A DNA stretch of 61,646 bases, the filler included, from Rhabdomonas costata (taxonomy: Eukaryota), in NCBI GenBank assembly GCA_019059605.1. It is 21 parts of 21 records of this genome, joined end to end, with 100 filler letters (N's around TTAATTAATTAA, not from the genome) between each part and the next. Parts side by side here need not be neighbours in the genome. Positions count along the whole stretch, not along the records: positions 14,711 to 17,552 come from JAHMHO010001914.1; positions 17,653 to 20,488 come from JAHMHO010001915.1; positions 20,589 to 23,429 come from JAHMHO010001916.1; positions 23,530 to 26,369 come from JAHMHO010001917.1; positions 26,470 to 29,309 come from JAHMHO010001918.1; 16 more parts are not named here. One strand, given 5' to 3'. This document shows, piece by piece, positions 14,935 through 26,767 of the stretch. A model generated the notes under the pieces. That model was not told the origin of the DNA and did not search any database. It saw nothing but the letters and a program-made list of their open reading frames with translations. Position numbers and translations under genes: made by a program. The number at the start of each line of letters is the position of its first letter. The stretch's first letter is position 1.

Positions 14935-15114
14935 GCCATCGGACGGAACGCCTACATAGCTCGCCTGCTCTGCAACTGCACGCCAACTTTCGGTGCTCGG
15001 GCGTCTTGGAGAATTAAAAAGGGACATCTCGCAACCCCAGTGCTGCCACAGAAGCACAACGAGCAGCAGGGCGGCTGCGCAGGACACCACACAAGGGATG
15101 CCCCGGCACGGCAT
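14935..15114 (-). CDS. Probable first exon of a type II membrane protein
   Basis: ATG after a T-rich tract, followed by a hydrophobic anchor (CVVSCAAALLLVVLLW). No family recognised, and the 3' border is approximate. Confidence 0.3.
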
Positions 15115-16309
15115 TGCACCACAGAAAAAAGCTCAGAAAAAAAGCTGCGAGCCAAGGTCAAGAGCAAGGCCGACCATGGGGCTACACACTGCCTTTCGGC
15201 GAAGGGATCTACTGAAGCCCGGGACTCCTGTCACTCAAACGGGGTTGGATCGAATGGAAGGTTTTGCAGAGGTTAGAGGGCAATGCATATGGTTGAAATG
15301 AAAAGAAGATGATTCCAGGATGCCCGGGTGATTAACTGGGTTATGGAGTACCAGGCTCCACGCACTACAAGACCCAAAATAGAGCGCTAATGGGGGGAGC
15401 TCTCTGGTCCGCAAAACTCGGCATGAAAAAATCTAAGTTAGGGTCGTGAAGTAAAACCACACCTTCCCAACGGGACAATTGTATCTGGGGGGTGGGGCAA
15501 AAAGGGATTCGATTATTTTGGGTGCGGAGGCATGGCTGGAGCGGGCGGATGGGTTGGGACGTTGCGGGGGTGGGAGATACTCTGTTTAGCATGGGTAAAC
15601 GCTTAGCGGTGCGGTAAACGTGGAATAAAACACATTTTGAGGGATGCGTATTTTAGGGCATGGGGGTAGGGTAAACTGTGTCAAGTGCACCACCAACCAC
15701 CGACGACACGGTACAAACCACTCCGCCCCGACACACCGCATTTTCACTGAACACCCAAAGGGCAAAATAGACTGCGATTCCTCTAAACTACCCTTCCTTT
15801 TTTCTCCCGAAATCTTCGACTTACCACTTCAGCAAAAGTCTTATCCAGGGTCACCACGAGGAAAGAATGTTGGATGACCAAAGCCGTTCTCATTATGCAG
15901 ATAAACCGATGCGGGGGAGCGGGGTCACACATGGGAGCATCATGCAAAAAAAATTAGTGAGAAAAAGACATTCACTGGCGAAAAATGCCAAGAAAAAGCG
16001 GCAAAAGTTACAGCAATTAAATTGAAAAAAGAAGAGAACGAGCCACGCTACACAGCCGGCAATCAGTAGGGATTTGAAGCCTGTACCAAAGAGCGGGGGT
16101 GGGTGTGCGTGTGTGCAGCACTACCTCACGCTTACCGACATACACTGCAAAAGACGATATTGCCCGTGCCAACTTCAAAGTGAGAGGTCAAGACTGTTAT
16201 GAAAGTTCAGGATCTGGATGACAGGGTTTGAGGATGCTCAGACAATAAAATGGTGTTGGTTGCTCCACTTGCATTTGCAGAGTCCTCGTTGCCTTTGGTC
16301 TTGCATGTC

Positions 16310-16340
16310 ATTTTCTGAGGTCTATTTCTGAGTATATAAC
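16310..16340 (+). ncRNA. Possible degenerate spliced-leader (SL) exon relic
   Basis: TTTCTGAG-GTCTATTT matches the core of the Euglena SL exon as I recall it (ACTTTCTGAGTGTCTATTTTTTTTCG) with one gap, and is followed by a donor-like GTATA. Confidence 0.3.
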
Positions 16341-18725
16341 GTTGGCTGCCGATTTTCACCTCTTACTTTTGACATGACACGGGTCATATCACATCCTCTG
16401 CTGTTTTATCCCTCCTTTGGTAATGCTTTCTGCAGCGGTTCCAACATGAGACCGCTTTTGACAACAAAACCGACTGCAAATGTTTTTTTTTGCTGGAGAG
16501 GAGGCGCACAACCATTCCCTTGCGAGGCGCGGGTAGGAGTTTGTGCGCGTAGGTAAGAGTAAAGGTTAGTTTGTGGAACATCACGGAAGGAGGTTGCAGA
16601 ATGAGGTATCGAGCACCACCCCAACCTAAAAATAAGAAACAGCCCCCGGCCTCCAGGGTGCCACTCGTGAAGGGCACATATTAAAGTACCTGCCGTTGGG
16701 AGCCGAAGAGGCCCTACCTTTGCATTGTACGCCGGATGGCCAACGGAGCCATAACATGGGTCCTCCTCCCGAGCCACGAACATCTGGTAGATGTCGCCGA
16801 CACGGAATGTATGACTCGGATCTCCCGCCATCAGCCCCTCACCCACACCCCAATTTTCGACTCAAAGCGGGTGGCACGGTGCCCTTCAGCGAAGCGTGTC
16901 GCCGGCAGTACCGGATGTGGTACTTTGGCCACCTTTCCCGCTCTCATACTACCATACAAACGTAAACTTCAACTGGACGCCCCAGGTCCATGCCGCCACG
17001 TCCGCCACCCGACCTCGTTACGCGGCTACCCGGGGCGTGAAGTCAGACGATCTACAGCACCAAGTACCGGATCGAGATCAGTTCCACCAACGGGTCTTCA
17101 ATCCTACAACATGCAATGCCTCCTTCACCGAGGCGGCATCTGTTCTATCTCTCCGCATGAGCCTCCCATCGTAACCTGTAGAAGTCCGCCTGTAACCTGT
17201 AGGAGTCAGCAGCTGGTGGTGGAACTCCCCCCGCTGCGGAATATTACTTTTTGGAATGATGACAATATTATGAATATAAGCGTAAGTAAACGAAACGATG
17301 ACTTCACAATATTGAATCGCTGTATTGAATGCCGTAAAAAGCACGTAAAAAGCTCTGGCTTGATACTAATTTGAAGAAAACCCTGATACAAATATGCTTT
17401 CGTGACGTAGTCACCTTCATCTGTGCTGTTCATGAAATTTCTACGCGGGGAAACGGAAACTTACTATTCTTGTGTAGTCTTGTTAAGTTCTTGCGGGTAA
17501 ACAGAGAGACGTTGAGTACGATTTCTCGTTATGGCTAACACAACACCCAACCNNNNNNNNNNNNNNNNNNNNNNNNNNNNNNNNNNNNNNNNNNNNTTAA
17601 TTAATTAANNNNNNNNNNNNNNNNNNNNNNNNNNNNNNNNNNNNNNNNNNNNGGTTGAGGATCAGGTTGTCGAGCAAAGTGGACAACTCGTCCGCCCATA
17701 GGCTCTGAATTTGCTTCGGAATGAAGCGAATGACTCCATGATACACCGACAGGATCCCAGGAAGGCGGATTCTCCCTTTCTGCGGGAGATGGTGAGGAAG
17801 GTCTTTGCCGCTTCGGGCCTGGGGTGCACCGACACCGACGGCATTTAGCTGCCCTGGGGACGAGCAGAAGACATTGAGGACTCGAACTCATGGAAACTCC
17901 GCTGGAAGGTTTTCCTCCGCTTGCAGATAAAAGCGCTCCAGATGATCGCTCAATGATATCCACTGCTTCCAGCTCCTGTTTGTGCAGAGCGGAAACTTGA
18001 AGAGCGGTCGGCTGGGGACACTACCAGAATCTGCAATTGCCGAACCTGAACCTGATTCGGAAGCCCCCGCACGACGATCCTCAGCATCCCCCCGGGCGTC
18101 AACAGCCGGAGAACCGCTTTCGCCGCGGGAGCAGTAGATAAGGGTAACAACTCTAAATCACCCAAGAGGGTGGCGAACTCGGCAGTCCCAATGGTTGGGA
18201 GCACCTCCAGGCGTCGACTGCACAAGACAACGGCAAACTTCTCCCTGACAAGGACAGCACCCAAAGGAAGCTGCAGAATTTGCTCCAGAGGAAGAAGGTA
18301 CCCATGCCCAGCAGACTGGAGAAGCCATTTAAATTGTGAGTGCGAAAGCGGTGAGTGACTTGGACAGAGTAGAAAAACACGAAAAACACTCAAAAGATTC
18401 ACGCGGAAAAAAGAACCTGGGCTCCGAGTTCCCCTCCGACTACCCCCAAAGTCGAAGAATACTACGAATTAGAGCAAATTCAAGGGTAAAATACTCGTGG
18501 ACACCTGGTAATGTGAAAAGAAAGAAAAATCTGAACCACCGGAAAAAGTGGAATATACACAAAATCGCTAGGAATATCCGGCATCCACTCATACCCTAAA
18601 GTATCTTACCTTAAATGTATATTTTTAAGTGTTCAAACAAGTGCTTCAAATCTGACCTGACGGACTCCTGCGAGACAAACGTGCGTTGACTGTAAATTTG
18701 GAAAAGAGTACCCAACAAGGCAAAC

Positions 18726-19222
18726 CTCAGTACAAATGCCTCCGGGGAGTCCTGGTCAACCAAAACATGTGCATCGTTCACCAGAATACCAGCAACGGCA
18801 TGTGTGGGAACCCGGTGGCACAGAAGATCAACGACCAAGTTGCGCGGGCTGACAAAGAGGCAACCGCCCCTGTGATAAAGCTCCCCGCGCTGCCTGGGGG
18901 TGTAATCGGAGCGAAGAAACACAGGCGGCCGTGAACGAGAATTGGATTCTTGAGAAGTCAATCTCCGCAGAAGAGTCTGAAGATGCGCCTCCTGCTTCTC
19001 GTCGATGTTAAGGAGAAGTAAAAGTTGTTGAGAGTCACAGTATCCACGAATTAAATGAGCCTAAGTCAAAGAAGCGCAATAGAAGCAAAGAATAGCCAAG
19101 CGAAGAGAGGCAAAATGAAGAAATACCAATATCTTGAGCAGGCCCAGGCCTTGTGCAAGCACGAAGAGCCCATCCGAGGAAAAAATATCCTCAAGAATTT
19201 GTCTTTGAAACTTGGCAGCCAT
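18726..19222 (-). CDS. ERCC4: DNA repair endonuclease XPF/RAD1/ERCC4, first two exons
   Basis: Exon 19222-19127 MAAKFQRQILEDIFSSDGLFVLAQGLGLLKIL, a 66-nt GT-AG intron, then exon 19060-18726 with RGELYHRGGCLFVSPRNLVVDLL...AGILVNDAH...EAFVLR, the XPF helicase-like N-terminus. Confidence 0.92.
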
Positions 19223-20384
19223 TATCAACTGCAAAACAAGACTAGCGAGACACGTTTGAGCAGCTTGGCCAAGGGGGTCCAGCCCAATTCAAATGACATT
19301 GTATCTTTTTTAAATAAAGCAACTCACAGAAAGTTGCACAGGGCGCGCCCGCATAAACGGGGCCAAGAGTACGGTCGGGATGGCCCATCCCGCAATCCTC
19401 ACGAAAAAATATTTAGAAATGTGTCTAGTTTGTCTAACCAAAAAACGTCAAACGACCAGGCCGCGGTGGTGAAGGTAAAGAACATTTTATCCCAAGTGTC
19501 ACCCTTTAGCTCAGCATTGGCGACAACAAAAGATAAAAAAGCGACCCGGAGGGAGATGCCACCCCTATGATAGGTTCGCCATTTTGAAAAAAAAAAGCCC
19601 AAGTGATCCTTACGCAGAATATCAATCTCGGTAAGCTGCACAAAAAGCATCCTTTGGGCAGCCTTTGACAACGAAAGGGTGATATGGGGGTTATGCAGGA
19701 GGTTTACAAAGTGGTACTTTGGATAATGAAGTTCAAGGAATCCCACCAGAGAACTCGTCCTCAGTGGGCAGCGGCACGCAAAACACACACAGTTCTGCGA
19801 TACTGGTTATCCGAACGATGGTGAGGGGTGCTGCCAACTTGAAAGGTGTGCTTCTTTAAGCAAAGCGCTCAGGCGCTGACCGGCGCTGACCTCCCACGCC
19901 GCTCCTCGAACTCTTCCTCACCGAAAGTGCAAGCAACAGTGCGTACAACTTTCTACAACTTTCTAAGGCATCAGTTTTGTTCTCATTTAAAGTGTTCACA
20001 AAATATAAACCAGTGCACAGATCCGTGAAAGTCCATTCCACAAAACGCAAATCACAAACCAGCAAGCAGAAGCTCCCGGTCGTCCAGAGTTGCAAAACCC
20101 CACTAACTGTTCGTGCTCCACTGCAAAGCAAATTTCAATGGGTGTTCCCGGTATTCTCCAAGTCCTCAGCATTTGGTTTGACTTTGGGACGGTCTCAGTC
20201 CTCTGTGCCCTTTAGTATAGGGGTATCATCATCCCATCTAACATGCCATCAGGATTTCGATGTTGTGTTGGAACTTTGATGGAAGGTCTTCGGCATCACC
20301 ATCATCATCCCACATCCTGGTACCCTTGGTGTATCTCTCATGGTACTGGCACTTTAATGGATGGGAGTATTCTTGATGGGAGGA

Positions 20385-20480
20385 TGGGTCGAGGTACGAG
20401 GACCATCAGACATAGAGGGCACTGCGGTAGGGTATCTGGTGGTGGTATTCTGGGTTTGATGGTCCTCGTACCTCGACCCA
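20385..20480. repeat. 24-bp perfect inverted repeat (hairpin) at contig end
   Basis: TGGGTCGAGGTACGAGGACCATCA (20385-20408) and its exact reverse complement (20457-20480), with imperfect pairing continuing inward. Confidence 0.9.
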
Positions 20481-23031
20481 CCCCCCCANNNNNNNNNNNN
20501 NNNNNNNNNNNNNNNNNNNNNNNNNNNNNNNNTTAATTAATTAANNNNNNNNNNNNNNNNNNNNNNNNNNNNNNNNNNNNNNNNNNNNAGATTGCTTTTT
20601 GGAAAGAGTGATTGTGGAAAACAAGTTCTGAATTGTCATTCGTCGAAGCACGCATACACACACCCTGTCCCACCGTACCGTTTACTCCAACGGTACCTCT
20701 CACGAGCACCCATGGCCAGCAGCGCGCTCGTGCGTACGTCAGTCCACAGTGGTCACCAACAGTCAAGCAGGCAACAGCCAGCGCGCAATGTGCCCATTAT
20801 ACACACACTCATGCCGTGAAGACTCTCAAACTTTGATACCCTGCTTGAACCTTTTTGTTTTTTCTTGTCAGAGAAGCATGACGTGGAGGGTGGCCACGGA
20901 CCTTTAAAGGGTGCCCTGGGTGGCTTTCTGGGCGGTCCTGCGGGTGAGTTTACCGGGCCTGCTGGTGATGCTTTCCCTTCTGTCGTTCGCCTCGCTTATC
21001 TTAAAGCAATAGTAATGCACACTGCAGGACATATTAAAAGTCAACGATTGATTGCGTTACCAGATGCGTTTTTCGTGATAATGACGACCTTATGAATGGT
21101 AAATGGGAACTCTTACACACCACCTTCAACCATCAATTGTCAGCTATGGTTTTTGGTGACTCGCGGTGTTAATCCACGGGCTGTCGAGGTTGCTTTCGCC
21201 TCACACACGCAGCATTTCTTTTTCGGTCGTCAAATTTGCATATGACGTTCTTAATTTCTACCCCCAAGTGGTCCTGCAGCTTGAAAATGTATACTTTCGC
21301 ATGCATTCTCGGCCTTGAAGCCCGCCGTGCCTCTTTTCCTACGCGTGGTCCGCGCAACCGGCTTCCCTCTTCTTCTCTGACGAGCGCAGTCGTCAGCAAC
21401 TCAGTCAGTCCGAATCAATTTTTTGCACTTCTTCCTGCACCTGTGCGTGTCGGGGCGACATGTTCGCGGCACTGCTTGAGAATCTATGTAAAACTCAGTC
21501 TGCTGGGTCAGAAACCAACACTGGACGGCTGCCTCCTCTCGGTAGGGCGTAGTCCCGACGACGTCGGGGCCCTTGAACCCCCACCTGACGCTCCCAGTGG
21601 GGAATGGAAGCAGCCAACCTCTCCCAAGACTACAGACCGCGAAAACCGCCCTGAGGTGGAACCGCTTAAAGGCAACGAAGGCGGCGCCGGCGCGCTGGGT
21701 TCGGGGGTCGGGCACGGAATAGCCCCTGGGGACGAAGTCAACCCCCCGTTCTGAAGAGATGGGGCATAAGCCAAAGCCTGACGGAAGACTGCGGAAGTGC
21801 AGAGTTTATGTTTATGGTTGTGCGCTTATTTGAAGGAATTCATCTGGGTGTTTCTTTTAGGGGAAAACCCCGTTCGCATTGCGATGGGGCACTGATGGCG
21901 TTTTGGGGGGGACTTCGTTACACTTGCTCAGTTGAATGGTGCCTTTTCACACGCTCCCCTCCAACCCCACCTGAACACTCCTTTTCTAGTCCCGCATACA
22001 CCCTCCTATACCGTATCTCTCTCTTTTCGGTTTGTACTTCTTTTTCCTCCTCCTGATGAACATATTAATTCCTGGAAAGAATCTGTGGGTAGGTCTCTGA
22101 CACCCATCTGTACCCTATTATTTTGTTTCCTTTTTCGGTCGCCGAGGGATACTAGTGGTTGGCTCCCAAGAAGCGGATTCCTTCTCTTCGCACAGTTTTT
22201 CTTGTCGGAATGTTTTCTACATGCATTCCGCAAGAAAACCGGGAGTTTTTTTTTGTTGATTTGTGCTGAAATTTTTGCCGGGATTTCATTCGGTGCCGAG
22301 GGATGCGGGCAAGCGGGTCGCTTGCACACACACACACGCACACTCTCTGCAACTGCATTTCTCTAAGCAATGTTCGGCATTGGTGTCAATATATCACTTT
22401 ATTGATATTGATATTGATTTATTTATATCAACATGATTGTAGCTCATAATAAGTTATTTAGGCTGTGTGTTATCCGGGATTTTGAGTTCTCTTATGCGTC
22501 ACTTCGCCTGGGCCGTTTCCGCGTACAATGAAAAATGATTGGACGTCTTGAAGATTTTCGAAAATAGTCTCTCCTTCCAGTAGAAATGACTCCCTAGCTC
22601 ATGGTTTCCCTCTTTACCCTCTTTTCCCTCTTTTTTGATTGGTTTTGCCGCCATTTTTTGCGGATTCGCCAATAGTTCAGCTCCCTTTCCCCGTTGAGAG
22701 TGTTGGGTCCGAACCTTCAGCATAGTATGTACCCCATCGGATTTGCGCCTTGTCGGCCCAAATATTGATGAGCTGAGAATTGAGCGCCGCGATTCTGAAT
22801 TATTGTCCATTTCACACCCCCATTCTCTAGTTTTTCGACTGGAAGTTGTAATCTCCGCTCTGGTTCTCTCATCAAGAGCATCGTCTCCCTTGTGTCTTTT
22901 CTGTGTTGCTTTCCCAATTTCCCTTCCCACCTGTTCTGGTGGGCATCTCTCCCCTGCCCCCCTCCAATCTAAGAAAACTCCCAAGCCCCGTTCTCCATTC
23001 TCCACGCGGAGCCACTCGCCACTCCGCCCAG

Positions 23032-23400
23032 ATGCGGGCGCAGACCCTTCGCCTCACCGCGGTCATCGTCGCGGCGATGTTTCTGGTGCTGTACTTCTCC
23101 TTCCACAGCTCCCCCCCGGATCTGCACGAGGATGCCTTGGAGCCCGCTCCACGGCCCTCCCTGCCAGACCCCTCACCCCGGGGTGGGGTGTTCGGAACTG
23201 AGCGCCCGTCCGCGTTGCCCGGGCTGTCGCGAAGGGCTGTGGGGGAGCAATCTCCCGAGTATGGAGTCTTCAACCACTCACTTTTCACTACCCACTCCCA
23301 ATACCCCACGCTTGTCTCGTAGGTCCATCCCAGCGTACTTGGTATCGTCCGCTGAAGGGTCCGCTCTTCACGGTCCTCAAGATGAGCGCTGTAACAACCA
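23032..23400 (+). CDS. Type II membrane protein, 5' end (signal anchor plus Pro-rich stem)
   Basis: CAG directly precedes ATG. MRAQTLRLTAVIVAAMFLVLYFSFHSSPP... is followed by a short GTATG...TAG intron. The architecture is typical of Golgi glycan-modifying enzymes, but no catalytic part lies in the contig. Confidence 0.55.
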
Positions 23401-23529
23401 CAATTTTTCCGAAGGAAGTACCAGGGAAANNNNNNNNNNNNNNNNNNNNNNNNNNNNNNNNNNNNNNNNNNNNTTAATTAATTAANNNNNNNNNNNNNNN
23501 NNNNNNNNNNNNNNNNNNNNNNNNNNNNN

Positions 23530-25583
23530 TTGTTGGTGGTCCGGAAGGTCTCGGGGGCCATCACAAAGAGCGAGGAGAGGATGCATCTGGCCAGCTGGAC
23601 GTTGATGTTGATCTTCGAAACCGATGGATCCAGATTGAGCATCGCGCCCTTCATGGCCTCGTCCGAACAGGGCAGGAAAACCTTGCTCCTTGAATTTGTC
23701 AAAGGCCCGGCATGACCCTCTCCAGAGCCCAGAAGACGTTTGCTGGCTTGAGGTCTTCCACCCACATCGGGTCGATCTTTTGGTAGAGGAGGACAAGGGC
23801 AGTGTAGACCCTGTGAGCGAAAGCTTGAGCCCAATATCGGATTTCGTCAGGCTGGAAGAATTTGATCACGTCTTCGAGGTCCAACCCATCGAAGAGGTGA
23901 AGGCCATTTGAATACATCAGATAAAACTTCCTGCCATCAAGGCTGTAGCCGTCAAAGGGCCTCATCGGTGGCAACACCCGAACCTTGCACCCCGTGGCTT
24001 GGACGTAGTCGGAGAAAGGTACTGGAAGTACGTCCCCGTCCAAAAGATGTTTCCTTTGAACGACCACGATGGATCGTAGATTGCCCTCCCGAACAATTGA
24101 AACCTCGTGTCCACGTTCTGGCCTCCGGGAAGCAGGTGAGAAACATGGACACGAAAAACGTGACGGGCCGTCAAAACCCCATCCAGGGTGGTGAGGGGTA
24201 TGTCGGCTGTAACTGTCACGGGCGACGGAGTCTGATTAGCTCCATCCCGCCTGACCTCGGCAGTGCCCTCCCTGTAAGTGTCAAGGGATACAGTGGTAGC
24301 AGAGAGAGATGCACCACCCCCCGAGAAGAGGACGGTTGTCGAAGGCTCAATGCTTTCAAAGAGATCTTTTGCTCCGTGGCCGCCAGCACGGTGGCGTAGG
24401 GGGGGATCACTTTAACTTCCCCGGTTCAACAAAGACTTCCCGCGCCTTTTGCATGATCGACATCTTCAACACCCCGTCCGCGATGTGATAGCTGGAAAGG
24501 AAGAACTTCCTGTCGAGAGGCACATTGGCAGCGTTCATGGCGACCATGTCCCTGGTATGGCCACCTTCACTCCGCCTTGCAATCGTTTGGAGCGTGCTCG
24601 CCGACTGAAAGAACTCCTTCAGAACGAGGATGACATCCATCTGGGCTGCTCGATCGAAGATGTGAGAGACCTCTTCCCCAAAGGGGGTCCTCCTCTTTTC
24701 GAACACCTGACGGACAAGGTCCGGTGAGAGCATGACGACTTAAAGGACACGTTGGCCAACTCCCCACGCAAGACAACCTGGACGAACCGAAAGTAATCGA
24801 CGTCCTCAGGGGTGAAATAGCCGACTACTGGGTCGCCACCCGCGGCCATCTCGGGTGAGTCTCTCGTTGGAAAGATTTCCATTTTTGGCTCGTCTGTAAA
24901 CATGTAGCCGGTCATGTTCTTGGGGTAAACCGGCGCTTCGGGGGTGACGGGAATCGGGAGGGCAAGGGTCATGGAAGCCCTGGGCTGCCTTGTGTACTGT
25001 CTTTTCCCCAACTTGAGAGTTTTTTCGGCAGCAAAATTGTCGTCGAAACAGCATCTTCGGTTATCTCATTCAGGTCGGCAGACTTCACTCTCAGCTCCCC
25101 ATCAAGGGGGTAGCCTGGACCCTCCTTCGATTCAAAGCCACCGAGTCCTTCAAGGAAATCTTGCCCATCCTCCTCCTCGGATTGCCGGACTTCACCATCA
25201 CTCGTAGCATCTCCGATTTGCACGTCGGTCATGTCCGACCCCTGCACCACCTCATCGTTCGCCTCATCTTCATCATCGGACCCCGAGGCGGTTGCATTGC
25301 CGTTGGGATACTCCGGCTGTTCATCCGGCAACTCGTGGAACACCTCTTCATCGTCTGACTGGTCATCCTCATCGGACGAAACGGACTCTTTTTGCTTGCG
25401 TTTGTCGTCGACAGCGTCAGAACGAGCCCTGATCAAGGCTAGCTTTTCTGATTCGTCGGCAAGAGGCTTTGAGGCTTGAGCCTTCGAAAGGATCGGCACA
25501 CGTTTCCCCAACAGGCAGTTCCAAATGAAGATTCCAGCTTCATTGGCTGGGAGATCAAACATGTCCTGCACTGAGTGGATCAT
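23530..25583 (-). pseudogene. Intronless orphan reading frame (~680 codons, runs off contig) broken by multiple frameshifts
   Basis: The listed ORFs 24969-25583, 24619-25011, 24407-24733, 24216-24410, 23962-24219, 23699-24067 and 23478-23834 tile into one protein-like sequence if one base is restored at ~25047, 24741, 24412, 24368, 24056 and 23702. Acidic N-terminal tract; no family recognised. Confidence 0.6.
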
Positions 25584-26178
25584 AGTAATATATCATATTT
25601 TAGATCAAGAGCATACAAAATAAATAAACATGTTCAAGATAATTTAATATCTGTACCAGATGATTACATTGAATTTCAACACGAGCACAATAACAATGTG
25701 TTTCTTTCTCCAGCTGTGCGTCAACAGTTTACGCATCGTATTCAGTCCCACATCCCACATCCCACATCATCACCATCGGGAATAAATGGAGGTTTACCAT
25801 GTGTTCCCCCTGAACAGGTTCAGCCTGTGCATCTGTCAAAGGACCAAGTTGACTCACAACGCAATCCACCAATGGCAGATCGTTAAAATGTTCCATGTTG
25901 AACTGTGCGAGGAATAGCTGTCTTAGTTTTCTTGCAGAGTGTTTGAGGATATCGTTAGTCTCTTAGAGGTAATTTAATTTGTAATAATGGACTATAATAT
26001 CTTACATTTTCAATTTTTATATGTTAAAATATTCTGACACATAAAAACAAAGGCAAGGCAAAGCAAAGCACGACGCAGTCTAGCCTGTCCTGCTGGTGTC
26101 TGCATATATAAAGTCCCGCTATCAGCCTCTTGTCAGTCCAGCTATCAGCCTCTCGCCAGTCCTGCGCACAGCATTTCA

Positions 26179-26369
26179 TCATTCCCAGTCAGGCACGGCG
26201 TTGGTACGGTCTTCGGCACGAGAAACGGCATCTCGAGCACGTCGCTCTGCGCGCATAGCTAATAACAATTCGATGCGCGCAGTGATTATGTTCTTCTGGT
26301 CGTCATCTGTTTCAGATGCAAGCCTGTGCTGGTATTCCCTCAACGCGATATCTTCCGACAAAAACCCCC
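26179..26369 (-). CDS. 3' end of a second orphan ORF (helical, charged)
   Basis: Open from the contig edge: SEDIALREYQHRLASETDDDQKNIITARIELLLAMRAERRARDAVSRAEDRTNAVPDWE-stop. Composition is protein-like only. Confidence 0.4.
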
Positions 26370-26469
26370 NNNNNNNNNNNNNNNNNNNNNNNNNNNNNNN
26401 NNNNNNNNNNNNNTTAATTAATTAANNNNNNNNNNNNNNNNNNNNNNNNNNNNNNNNNNNNNNNNNNNN

Positions 26470-26767
26470 GGGTGGGGGGGTAATGGTTCTTAGTGGGAAC
26501 CGTTACCACTGGTTACCGTTACCGTTACCGTTACCTTCGCTAATGCTGTCCCACTTGTCTACCCATATCCCAGTGATTCATGAGCCCTTTGCCAGCAGTA
26601 GTTTTCAGCTGCTAACCAAAAACATTCATTTAGGGGGTACTGGCAAAGCTTTCCTAACCCTCTTATACAAAAATGAAATCATCTGGAGGAACGTTCCGCT
26701 TTTGGTTAATTCAGCTAAAAGTTTAAGCCAGTTTTCGGTTACCAGTTAACCGTTACCCTCGCCCCTA
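26470..26767. mobile_element. ~300-bp MITE, hAT-like
   Basis: The right end reverse-complemented reads TAGGGGCGAGGGTAACGGTTAACTGGTAACCG. The left end reads GGGTGGGGGGGTAATGGTT...GGGAACCG, with its outer bases at the contig edge. Tandem subterminal CCGTTA repeats lie at 26500-26535. Confidence 0.6.

Noticed and set aside
16406..17374. GC-rich coding-looking stretch with ORFs on both strands
   Set aside because: I could not establish a consistent frame, strand or family.
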